DNA of 34,781 nucleotides from a virus (Duplodnaviria; Heunggongvirae; Uroviricota; Caudoviricetes): IMG/VR virus record IMGVR_UViG_2880361019_000004, positions 1 to 34,781 of that record; one strand, 5' to 3'. Shown piece by piece: positions 1 to 7,558 of this stretch (position 1 is its first letter; each line of letters starts with the position of its first letter). The notes under the pieces were generated by a model. It saw only the letters and a program-made list of their open reading frames with translations, ran no database searches and was not told where the DNA came from. The position numbers and the translations under genes were made by a program.

Positions 1-738
1 TCATTCACTCTCTTTCAAACCAGTTTTAACTGTTTGGGGTTTTGGGTAAGGCTGAACTTTGAATAGCTTTATGTTGAGGCGTTTTCTGGCCCTCTTGTTC
101 AGAAACCGGATGTAACGAAACTGTCGGAACTTATGAACACTGGCTCTGTCGATATTAGCCCTCAGATGTTCACCTCGTTGTCCGCCTCGTTTAATGGCAT
201 TCCTGCAAATCTCGTGATACCACTCGCCATCAAGTTCATAGAATGTTGATTCATGGCTGCCTACATAATCAAAATTGCTTGCCTGATACACGACACCAAG
301 ACAGCCACAACGCTCATCTGCAAACGACTGAACCCACTGTACCTGCGGATAAAGCTGTCTGATAAGTTTGAGTGCGTAACTGATGGCCCTTGATTCGGAG
401 TTTCTCGGCATACAGTCATGCAGCCATAACCGGTTAAGCTCCATATATTCGCGGTTCTGCGTACCGGTTACGACGCGCGCTCCACTGTTTGGATTAAGGG
501 CATAACCCCATTGCATTACGCCAACCAGCTCTCGTTCTGAAAATATACCCAGATGAAGGTAGGAGTTATTTACGAAACGGTGGCTGTAATGTTTATTGAC
601 GATGACCAGTCGGGCCAGCCAGCAACTTATTGTCTCAACCCGTAACTCACGGGAGCCATAACCGACGATATTGTCGTTATAGAGAATAAGTTCAGGCGTG
701 CTGATGATACGGGATGTAACTTGTTTTCTGTTCCCCAC
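1..738 (-). CDS. mom: Mom-like DNA modification protein (anti-restriction adenine modification)
   Basis: 245-aa ORF whose sequence character fits the Mu Mom family; the track's M is a GTG codon; 5' end overlaps the upstream com ORF as in Mu; stop codon is nt 1-3 of the window. Confidence 0.75.
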   Translation of the reverse strand: MGNRKQVTSRIISTPELILYNDNIVGYGSRELRVETISCWLARLVIVNKHYSHRFVNNSYLHLGIFSERELVGVMQWGYALNPNSGARVVTGTQNREYMELNRLWLHDCMPRNSESRAISYALKLIRQLYPQVQWVQSFADERCGCLGVVYQASNFDYVGSHESTFYELDGEWYHEICRNAIKRGGQRGEHLRANIDRASVHKFRQFRYIRFLNKRARKRLNIKLFKVQPYPKPQTVKTGLKESE

Positions 739-892
739 GACAGGATTTCCTTGTGTATGTGGGGTGCTCTGTGGCGCTCGGAGATGTGATTTGATTGAGG
801 GTTTTACAGCGCGGACATTTTACTTCCAGATAACTGAAACTGGCCCGTGCCAGTAACTTGTTGCAGTGTCGGCACCGTATGTTTCGATACAT
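692..892 (-). CDS. com: Com-like zinc-finger translational activator of mom
   Basis: 66-aa ORF with IRCxxCNKLL...CPRC zinc-finger pattern typical of Mu Com; AGGAGG Shine-Dalgarno upstream; 3' end overlaps mom start. Confidence 0.7.
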   Translation of the reverse strand: MYRNIRCRHCNKLLARASFSYLEVKCPRCKTLNQITSPSATEHPTYTRKSCRGEQKTSYIPYHQHA

Positions 893-934
893 GGCCGCAT
901 AACCTCCTGCTTTGTTGATGATATCTTTCTCGCC

Positions 935-1080
935 TAATCGATCGACAAAAACGATCGATTCGATGTGTTTAATTGATACAACAAATAGATTGAAAAGTCA
1001 TCAACAATGATTCAGGGAGGTGATTATTTACTAAAAGAAAACGAAGACTTAGGGTGTGAAAACGATCATAAAATGATCAT
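935..1080 (-). promoter_or_regulatory. Putative com-mom regulatory region with two pairs of GATC (Dam) sites
   Basis: GATC at 940-943 and 953-956, 50-65 bp upstream of the com start; second pair at 1064-1067 and 1075-1078 inside an inverted repeat GATCAT-aaa-ATGATC. In Mu the mom promoter is Dam/OxyR- and C-regulated through clustered GATC sites. No promoter hexamers assigned. Confidence 0.35.
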
Positions 1081-1306
1081 TTTATTGACTTTTTATCCAG
1101 TGAAGGTAGGATCGCGCGCATATGTAGTATGTTTCAAATCAACAGGATACTACATAAAAGGGAAACCCAGCATAGCTGGAACTATGCTGGGTCAATCTGT
1201 AAAAACTTGCATCAATGCTTTACTTCGAGCTCGTGGCGTATCCTATGATATTCCCCGGTCTCCTGTAAAGCAGAGATATATCTGTTCAGGCAGGAAAAAT
1301 GGATAA
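1007..1306 (+). CDS. Hypothetical protein (weakly supported ORF)
   Basis: 99-aa ORF in AT-rich DNA with no convincing ribosome-binding site; contains a perfect 10-bp hairpin at 1166-1191. Confidence 0.2.
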   Translation: MIQGGDYLLKENEDLGCENDHKMIILLTFYPVKVGSRAYVVCFKSTGYYIKGKPSIAGTMLGQSVKTCINALLRARGVSYDIPRSPVKQRYICSGRKNG

Positions 1307-1505
1307 ACTAACCACAGACCCAAAGTTACAGGCTGCGCGAATTGCAGCTGATATTACAATTGCAGCAATGACATCCACCAGGGGTAACTTTACCTCTTTT
1401 CATACAGCAGGTGATTCATCCGCTATGCAGTTATGGAACGCGTGCTTTTCTGATGTAATTCGTGCAATCAGCGAGTCAGTTGACCTTCGCGAACCGCAAA
1501 AATAG
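1299..1505 (+). CDS. Hypothetical small protein
   Basis: 68-aa ORF with AGGA upstream of the ATG; the only ORF in this stretch; 3' end overlaps the convergent minus-strand gene at 1468-1668. Confidence 0.35.
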   Translation: MDKLTTDPKLQAARIAADITIAAMTSTRGNFTSFHTAGDSSAMQLWNACFSDVIRAISESVDLREPQK

Positions 1506-1668
1506 CGCATCTTGGGGTACACAGGATCTGCATAGCTATCCACATTGCGGTGGCGAAGTTTCGATCCTGTAATGTATCTTCATCAAGTCCTGAACGTAGC
1601 GCATTGATAATTTCCGCGCTTAATCTTTCCAGGCCTTTGGTATCAGGTTGCTTTTTATTCTTGTCCAT
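1468..1668 (-). CDS. Hypothetical small protein (66 aa from internal start MDKNKK)
   Basis: GAGGA Shine-Dalgarno 8 nt before the ATG at 1666-1668; the longer 78-aa form from 1704 has no ribosome-binding site. Confidence 0.5.
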   Translation of the reverse strand: MDKNKKQPDTKGLERLSAEIINALRSGLDEDTLQDRNFATAMWIAMQILCTPRCAIFAVREGQLTR

Positions 1669-1704
1669 GATTATTGTCCTCTGATTGGTATATAAAGCGC
1701 CCAT

Positions 1705-1740
1705 GAAAATAAAACCGACAGGAGAAACTGCCGGTTTGTA
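1705..1740. terminator. Hairpin with flanking T-runs (candidate bidirectional terminator)
   Basis: Stem CCGACAG/CTGCCGG (one G-U pair) followed by TTTGTATTG on plus and TTTTATTTTC on minus; sits between the 84-aa and 66-aa minus-strand genes. Confidence 0.4.
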
Positions 1741-1743
1741 TTG

Positions 1744-1998
1744 TTACATCATGGTGCTGTCAGTTCCGGGCTGAGCCGGTTCTGGTTGCTCTGGCTGCGC
1801 GTCGGTTTTCGGTTCATTATCAGCATCACTGGCCGCTGCTGCTGGCCCAATAAGTTTTTCCAGCACCTCATCAACGTAAGTGTCGATTTGTGCCTCAAAA
1901 TCCTTGCGGACCTGCGCTTTCAGCAACTTATTTACTTCACCGGAATACAGTGCCTGTTTTACCAGGTCTTCAGTGACGGTGCCTTTAATTTCTGGCAT
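1744..1998 (-). CDS. Hypothetical acidic protein (84 aa)
   Basis: Strong AAGGAGG Shine-Dalgarno 7 nt upstream of the ATG; coiled, charged N-terminal half and Pro/Glu/Ala-rich acidic tail. Confidence 0.6.
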   Translation of the reverse strand: MPEIKGTVTEDLVKQALYSGEVNKLLKAQVRKDFEAQIDTYVDEVLEKLIGPAAAASDADNEPKTDAQPEQPEPAQPGTDSTMM

Positions 1999-2033
1999 GT
2001 ATATCCTCCTTATGCGGTAATAAAGCCCTGCAA

Positions 2034-2216
2034 TCAGGGCTGGGTCGGGTCTTTTGGGAGCGGAGTTGCCTGCGCTGTTTTACTGAGTTTTTCAGCTGCT
2101 GCGTCCTCAATTTTGCGGCGAACATAATTTCTGATGGCCTTATAACCACCACTCACCAGATATAACGCACATACTGCCGTGCAGAAATACAATAAAATAA
2201 GCTGTAAAAATGTCAT
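2034..2216 (-). CDS. Hypothetical small membrane protein (60 aa from MTFLQL)
   Basis: GGGAGGG Shine-Dalgarno before the ATG at 2214-2216; one predicted transmembrane helix (LILLYFCTAVCALYLV) then a charged tail. Confidence 0.55.
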   Translation of the reverse strand: MTFLQLILLYFCTAVCALYLVSGGYKAIRNYVRRKIEDAAAEKLSKTAQATPLPKDPTQP

Positions 2217-2312
2217 TATCCCTCCCAATTATTGACATGGTGTTGACACCGGTAATATCTGTTAGGTAAAAAGGTGCACTGCATTTTTTGCTTTGGATAT
2301 AACGATCTTTTT

Positions 2313-2352
2313 GCCGCCGGTTTCTTGTTTTCCCTTACCGGCGGCATTTTTT
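2313..2352. terminator. GC-rich hairpin with T7 run downstream of the esterase gene
   Basis: Stem GCCGCCGGT...ACCGGCGGC followed by ATTTTTTT on the plus strand and preceded by a T5 run; sits directly after the esterase stop at 2361. Confidence 0.45.
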
Positions 2353-2360
2353 TATCCTGC

Positions 2361-4415
2361 TTACGCGTTATTCACTTCCACCACGATACTGTCAATCAGT
2401 ACCGGGTAAGTCGCATTTTTAGTGATATCGGTCACGCGCAACTTGTCTGCCGTAAACGTGCCGACCGAAGACTGCGACAGCATGAATGGTGTCCCGTCCT
2501 TACCATCAATGACCGGCGTCACCTCAATACTGTTGTTACCGGCAAAACGGAAGCCCAGCGTATGCCATTCGTTATTAAATGCGCCGAATGACCCCAACTT
2601 CGTGTTCTGCGCCGTGTTTCCTTTGTGATACATCACGTTAAGGTCTGTGGCATCGCTCTGTACGTAGAACGATGCCAGCAGGTTATGACCGGCATTTCCT
2701 TCCAGAGTAACCCCTTGCGGCAGGGCAGAAACCGGCCAGTACAGCGCCAGTGCGTACTGATTAGCCGTAAGCGCGCCATCGAGTTTAAAACGACAACTGA
2801 CAAGACCACCTTTACCCAGCAGGTCCGCACCATTACCAGCATCATGCTCAAGGTACCAGGGGGCTCTTCCTGTTTCCTTGGTCAGTTTCATTGCCTTACC
2901 CCCGCTGGCTCCGGCATCATCCACGATTTGAGCCTTGCCACCTCCGGCAGCCCAACCCTGTGGTGTCAACCGTCCTTCAGACTCAGATGCCCGGTAAGCA
3001 AATAGCGTACTCATCGTCGTGGTGTCTGCGGGTGGCGTGGACGGTTTTGATGGTGTATCAGGTGACGGCTTCTCATCCGGTGGTGTCACGGTCTGCCCGC
3101 GCATCAGTTCAGCCGTGCGCCCTGCATGGAGCATAATAGCTGAGGCCAGACGGTCTGAAATGACGCCCCTGCGTGCCCATGAGCTGAAATGGCTGTCACG
3201 CTGTGTCGAAACAAAACTGCCCTGGGTTCGGGATGCTGCACCGTAATACCCGACAGCCACAATATCCGGGTCTTCCGCCGGAGCATTCGTTGGCGTGCTC
3301 TGTCCATTCTCATCCGTCAGGAACGGTACAAAGAAAATTTTCTGTGCTTCCTTGCCTTTGTAGCCACCGTATACTGCCTCATATTTATCGGTGCCAGCGT
3401 TTTTCCAGTAATACGTGGTATCACCGCAAATCCACGGCACCGTGGTGGCATTTCCACTCACGCACTGCGCAGCAAGCGGAGCCAGGTCAGTTCTGAACTG
3501 CTGAACCATGGCCGTGAATAAACTATTATGCTGCTGGCTTCCTGAGGCAAGGTCTGCCTCTCCCTGCATCCAGACCACAGCCAGAAGTTTGTTTTTCGGG
3601 TTTTTCGCCAGCGCGACTTTGGTGCGGCTTACCAGGTCCTGATACAGAGGTTTACCGGCCCCCCAGCGTGAAGAATCAGCGGAAGCACCGCTGGCCTCAC
3701 TGAATGAGCCGTCGGCTCCAGTGGTGAATGCTGACCCGCCACGACAACAGGGCACCAGAAGTATCCCGGCATTCTGTGGGATATAGGGAAGCAGTTTTTT
3801 GGCAATATGCAACCCCTGACCGACAGTCCCGTACTGGCCTTTTGCCAGATCAGCTTTCGGGTGGTTTATCCCGCTCATATCCTGAACATCATGCAGGCAG
3901 TGGTCTGCCGGAATGATGTCGTTGTATGTACACGACGTACCGTTGGGCGTTACCGTACTGCGGCGTGCCAGTTGCTTAATGCGTGGGTCCGGGCGGTCAA
4001 ACGAATCCGGTAACGGCAGCCCCTCGCCGTAGGCCATGCCATTTGACTGACCCGCGAGAATGACAACAAAGTAATATTCCGGCTCTGAACTGCTGCCATT
4101 CGTGCTACCGGAAGGCCCGGCGTTATCCGGTGCATTCCAGTCGGAGGGCGTGAGCGTTCCGGCCACGTCAGATGTGATTGGAATGATGCCAGTCACGCCT
4201 GAACTGGTGATTTCTGCACTGGGATTACCGGATACCGGCATTACCCATAATGGCTCTTTCGTGCTGAAGCGGATCACGCAGTCTGCGAAGGTGATCCCCC
4301 CTTTATTACCCGAAGGGCGGAAAGGGCTTTCAATAAATGCCACCGTGCCACCGGCAACCTTGACTGAAAACTCTCCGGGCATGGCGGAGAGCATTTTCCA
4401 CTTGGAGTCTGACAT
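2361..4415 (-). CDS. SGNH/SASA-type carbohydrate esterase, sialate O-acetylesterase-like (NanS-p-like), with Pro/Thr linker and C-terminal lectin-like domain
   Basis: 684-aa ORF with the AGQSNGMAYGEG nucleophile motif (GQSN) and a downstream DSH motif typical of this esterase family; Pro/Ser/Thr-rich linker (PPDEKPSPDTPSKPSTPPADTTT) followed by a ~230-aa beta-rich domain. Confidence 0.65.
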   Translation of the reverse strand: MSDSKWKMLSAMPGEFSVKVAGGTVAFIESPFRPSGNKGGITFADCVIRFSTKEPLWVMPVSGNPSAEITSSGVTGIIPITSDVAGTLTPSDWNAPDNAGPSGSTNGSSSEPEYYFVVILAGQSNGMAYGEGLPLPDSFDRPDPRIKQLARRSTVTPNGTSCTYNDIIPADHCLHDVQDMSGINHPKADLAKGQYGTVGQGLHIAKKLLPYIPQNAGILLVPCCRGGSAFTTGADGSFSEASGASADSSRWGAGKPLYQDLVSRTKVALAKNPKNKLLAVVWMQGEADLASGSQQHNSLFTAMVQQFRTDLAPLAAQCVSGNATTVPWICGDTTYYWKNAGTDKYEAVYGGYKGKEAQKIFFVPFLTDENGQSTPTNAPAEDPDIVAVGYYGAASRTQGSFVSTQRDSHFSSWARRGVISDRLASAIMLHAGRTAELMRGQTVTPPDEKPSPDTPSKPSTPPADTTTMSTLFAYRASESEGRLTPQGWAAGGGKAQIVDDAGASGGKAMKLTKETGRAPWYLEHDAGNGADLLGKGGLVSCRFKLDGALTANQYALALYWPVSALPQGVTLEGNAGHNLLASFYVQSDATDLNVMYHKGNTAQNTKLGSFGAFNNEWHTLGFRFAGNNSIEVTPVIDGKDGTPFMLSQSSVGTFTADKLRVTDITKNATYPVLIDSIVVEVNNA

Positions 4416-4486
4416 CGTCTTTTCTGCCTGTTTCTGAATTAAACAGAGTCAGAATAGCGACCGCTGAAAAATATGTGTTTTGCGGA

Positions 4487-4522
4487 AATTCAAAAAAGCG
4501 TCACGGTACTTTTGGTGACGGA
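4487..4522 (-). terminator. Candidate intrinsic terminator at the 3' end of the invertase gene
   Basis: On the minus strand, stem CGTCAC...GTGACG followed by CTTTTTTG, overlapping the invertase stop codon. Confidence 0.4.
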
Positions 4523-5073
4523 GCTGGTGAGGCAGGAAAATAACGATAAAGGGTGGAAAGGCCAATATCAAATATCAGTGCGATTTGTTTACGGGACTCG
4601 CCATTAGCCAGCAAACGGGCGATTTGCTCCCGCTCTTTCTCTGTCAGTTTCTGAGGTCTGCCGCCATGACGCCCCTGAGCACGGGCAGCAGCAAGACCCG
4701 CGCGTGTACGTTCAATAATGAGTTCCCGCTCCATTTCCGCCAGCGCGCCCATTATATGGAAAAAGAAACGTCCCATGGGAGTGGATGTATCAATATTGTC
4801 CGTAATGCTGCGGAAGTTAACGCCGCGTTGCCGGAGTTCTTCTGTTAAAAGGACAAGGTGCTGCATACTGCGTCCAAGGCGATCCAGTTTCCAGACCAGC
4901 AGGGTATCCCCTGGCCGGAGTCGCTTTAATGCGCGTTTAAGTCCGGGACGCTCCCTTGTCTTACCGCTTATTCTGTCTTCGAAAAACAGCTCACATCCTG
5001 CACATTCCAGCGCATTTCTTTGTAGCGCCGTATTCTGGTCATTTGTTGACACCCTGATATACCCAATCAGCAT
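4501..5073 (-). CDS. Gin/Pin/Hin-family serine DNA invertase
   Basis: 190-aa ORF with N-terminal resolvase/invertase catalytic region (YIRVSTNDQ with the catalytic Ser) and C-terminal HTH; adjacent to gix-like sites. Confidence 0.9.
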   Translation of the reverse strand: MLIGYIRVSTNDQNTALQRNALECAGCELFFEDRISGKTRERPGLKRALKRLRPGDTLLVWKLDRLGRSMQHLVLLTEELRQRGVNFRSITDNIDTSTPMGRFFFHIMGALAEMERELIIERTRAGLAAARAQGRHGGRPQKLTEKEREQIARLLANGESRKQIALIFDIGLSTLYRYFPASPAPSPKVP

Positions 5074-5138
5074 ACGATTTCCTTATTATAAAAAGCCGGA
5101 ATTGTCGCATGAGGAATAAAACAGAGTTAATCCTGGCT

Positions 5139-5164
5139 TTCCTGAAAACCTCGGTTTACGGGAA
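5139..5164. other. gix-like invertase crossover site (left)
   Basis: TTCCTGAAAACC-TC-GGTTTACGGGAA: 12-2-12 layout matching the Gin/Hin/Pin site pattern. Confidence 0.7.
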
Positions 5165-5512
5165 ACGGTAAACAGGGCGGCGAATGCTCTGCCATCGGAC
5201 GGCACCGCCGTTGCCGCGAATAGACTCGCCACCCCAAGAAATATTAATGGGGTTCCCTTTGACGGGACGCAGGACATAAACATCACTTCTGGTATAACAC
5301 AGCAGGATGCGGATTCCCGATATATCCAGGATATCAGGCTGGGAGCAGAGAACAGGCAGGTAATGTACGGTGGGGCATATTACTCTGCGTACGGTAATGT
5401 TATGGCAGGCCTGCAGATTGACAGTAAAGTTGATGCTTCAAACGATTTTATAGCATTCAGACCCCTGCAAAAATTAGTCGGAGGTACATGGATTACGGTA
5501 TCTCAGTTATAA
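5162..5512 (+). other. Silent alternative tail-fibre C-terminal cassette
   Basis: Start-less open frame from the left gix site to TAA at 5510-5512; its first ~40 residues ([23 protein letters not shown]...[17 protein letters not shown]) parallel the expressed tail fibre, then diverge; would join in frame after inversion. Confidence 0.65.
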
Positions 5513-5563
5513 ATAGTCAGTAAATAATATATTTTAAAACAGATTTATTTCCAGGAGGATTTT

Positions 5564-6085
5564 ATGGAACTAAAAAATATAACCCGTTATTATCCTGAAA
5601 ATATGCCATATGGTAATAATGTTCAGTATTTCCAGAGTGAAGATGGTAAGGATTTCTACGAATCCCTGCCATTATTCACCAAAAAATATAAACTTTGCAT
5701 AACACCTGACAGCGGCGTTATCTGCTCAATATCACAGGACGCCTCGGCGCTGTATCCTGCGGGGTTTTCTGTGGTTGAGGTCGATGAACTCCCTGAAGGC
5801 ACGGATATTTCAGGAAACTGGAAGTTTGATAATGGCATAATCTCCCGTATTCCGGTTAACTACGCAAGAAAACTGGAAGCAATGCGCCAGTCATATCTTA
5901 ATCAGGCATATGAAAAAATTAATGACTGGAGAACGGAGCTACAACTGGACACCATCAGCGATGAAGACAGAGCAGCACTTACCCAATGGATGGCATACAT
6001 CAGTCAGGTGAAGAAAATGGAACTGCCCGCCATTAAAACAGAAGCTGAATTTAACGCCATTAAATGGCCTGAGCAGCCACAGTAA
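5564..6085 (+). CDS. Tail fibre assembly protein (Tfa/U-like)
   Basis: 173-aa ORF with AGGAGG Shine-Dalgarno; sequence character of the phage tail-fibre assembly chaperone family; lies inside the invertible segment downstream of the silent cassette. Confidence 0.75.
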   Translation: MELKNITRYYPENMPYGNNVQYFQSEDGKDFYESLPLFTKKYKLCITPDSGVICSISQDASALYPAGFSVVEVDELPEGTDISGNWKFDNGIISRIPVNYARKLEAMRQSYLNQAYEKINDWRTELQLDTISDEDRAALTQWMAYISQVKKMELPAIKTEAEFNAIKWPEQPQ

Positions 6086-6088
6086 TAA

Positions 6089-6108
6089 AGAAGGCCGGAA
6101 GGCCTTCT
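6089..6108. terminator. Hairpin between convergent tfa and tail-fibre genes
   Basis: Perfect stem AGAAGGCC/GGCCTTCT with 4-nt loop, between the tfa stop (6085) and tail-fibre stop (6117). Confidence 0.4.
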
Positions 6109-6116
6109 GAATATCA

Positions 6117-6998
6117 TTATATACTTGCAGCCGTCACCCATGCTCCATTTAACAGATACTGCAACGACCGGTAATACACGCCGCCGACGTTATCTGCCGT
6201 ATTCTTACCGACATCCTGTACTTTAATTCCGGTAAGAACATTGCCGCCCCACAGATTCAGATCCCAGCTTTCCCATGTTCCGGGCATATGTGCGGTCACC
6301 GACCCCAGTCTTATGGCGGTTACTGTTCCTGATGAGATAGTGATATCCTGCGTCCCGTCAAAGGGAACACCATTAATTGTGTGGGCATTTGCCAGCCTGT
6401 TCGCGGCAACGGCCGTTCCGTACGATGGCAGAGCATTCGCCGCCTTATTCACCGTTTCCCGTAAACCGACGTTATCGATAAAAGCCCCTTTATCCGGAAT
6501 GTCTGCGCCGTTCTGCTCCCTGCGCAGGTAACGGTTATCACCTTCGCTTTTGCTGTAAACATCCAGATTATTACGGGCGGTTCCCTTATTCTCCAGGTCG
6601 GCGAGATTCTGATCCTTCGCCAGGGCATTAACGTCAGCGGGACCAAGACTGTTTTTTGTGGCAAGCGTCCCCAGACCAAGATAACCACGGGCCAGACGCT
6701 GGGCCTCCGCACCGGCATCAGCAATTTCTTTCAGGTTATTTTTCCGGGAAAAGGCATTCGCAGCGATAATGGCTTTAATGGACAGCGTAAGCTGGTTTAA
6801 CTGCGCCTTATCCGGCTGAATACTGGCTTCAGCCAGAATATTCAGCAGTTCGGCCTGGAGAATATTCAGCCAGTCCTGACCAATCCAGCTGATACCTTTT
6901 TGTCCGTCACCTTCGGTAAACCAGGTGGTGGTATTACTCTGCGCCGGTGCCAGCGCAGGCATATTCGCCACGCCGGAATTATTATCAACATGAAACAT
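6117..6998 (-). CDS. Tail fibre protein (S-like), currently expressed variant
   Basis: 293-aa ORF following the baseplate genes; the reading frame crosses the right gix-like site at the constant/variable junction. Confidence 0.75.
   Translation of the reverse strand: MFHVDNNSGVANMPALAPAQSNTTTWFTEGDGQKGISWIGQDWLNILQAELLNILAEASIQPDKAQLNQLTLSIKAIIAANAFSRKNNLKEIADAGAEAQRLARGYLGLGTLATKNSLGPADVNALAKDQNLADLENKGTARNNLDVYSKSEGDNRYLRREQNGADIPDKGAFIDNVGLRETVNKAANALPSYGTAVAANRLANAHTINGVPFDGTQDITISSGTVTAIRLGSVTAHMPGTWESWDLNLWGGNVLTGIKVQDVGKNTADNVGGVYYRSLQYLLNGAWVTAASI
6456..6481. other. gix-like invertase crossover site (right, inverted)
   Basis: TTCCCGTAAACC-GA-CGTTATCGATAA; inner half is the exact inverse of the left site half; central dinucleotide GA is complementary to the left-site TC. 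Confidence 0.7.
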
Positions 6999-7558
6999 TA
7001 AATAGTCTCCTCTTCATGGCTGTTTGCATAAACGTAAATAAACGTCTGCCATGCAGGCTTATAACGGTTCAGAATACATTCCAGCGCACCGCCTTCATAA
7101 ATACGCAGCGGCGTGAGAATATCATCCAGCACATTCATATTCCGGTAGCCGGTTTCACTGTTAATCGTGACAATACTGACCCACTGCGAATCCGGTGAGG
7201 GCTGAATGTCAATCTGATAACCAAACTCCGCCGCAAACCGGATATAAAATTCACGGTTCAGCGAGGGCTTCATCCGGTATTTATTGCCGGCATAACGCTG
7301 TCGCTCCGTGAGGGTGGCTCCGGCCATATCACACTCGGGAAGCCCGAGATAACGCTCCCAGTCTTCCAGCAGCAGGCGCGACGTGTCAGGGAAACGCTCG
7401 GCAAGCAGCTGTTTACCCGTCCAGGATACACGCGCTGTCGAATGACTGAGGCCCAGACATAATGATGCCAGTACGGATGACGGACGCTTGTCCCATGCCA
7501 GCCCGTCAGGCAGTAACTGCAACAGGGCGCGCTGATGTGGGGTCAGGGTTACAGCCAT
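6998..7558 (-). CDS. Mu gp48-like baseplate/tail protein (DUF2313-like)
   Basis: 186-aa ORF between the baseplate J-like and tail fibre genes, start overlapping upstream stop; position matches Mu gp48. Confidence 0.6.
   Translation of the reverse strand: MAVTLTPHQRALLQLLPDGLAWDKRPSSVLASLCLGLSHSTARVSWTGKQLLAERFPDTSRLLLEDWERYLGLPECDMAGATLTERQRYAGNKYRMKPSLNREFYIRFAAEFGYQIDIQPSPDSQWVSIVTINSETGYRNMNVLDDILTPLRIYEGGALECILNRYKPAWQTFIYVYANSHEEETI

Larger units (their letters stand above)
5153..6467. other. Invertible DNA segment (G-segment-like, about 1.3 kb) carrying alternative tail-fibre C-terminus and tfa
   Basis: Bounded by inverted gix-like sites that extend into imperfect inverted repeats of about 110 bp (5150-5270 versus reverse complement of 6361-6480); invertase gene immediately outside. 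Confidence 0.7.

Noticed and set aside
2274-3521. Several plus-strand ORFs (2274-2591, 2625-3005, 3189-3521 and others) inside the esterase gene
   Set aside because: All lie antisense within the 684-aa esterase ORF, which has the conserved catalytic motifs.
5086-5286. 66-aa minus-strand ORF next to the invertase
   Set aside because: It overlaps the left gix site and the silent tail-fibre cassette on the opposite strand; the plus-strand frame carries the conserved fibre sequence.
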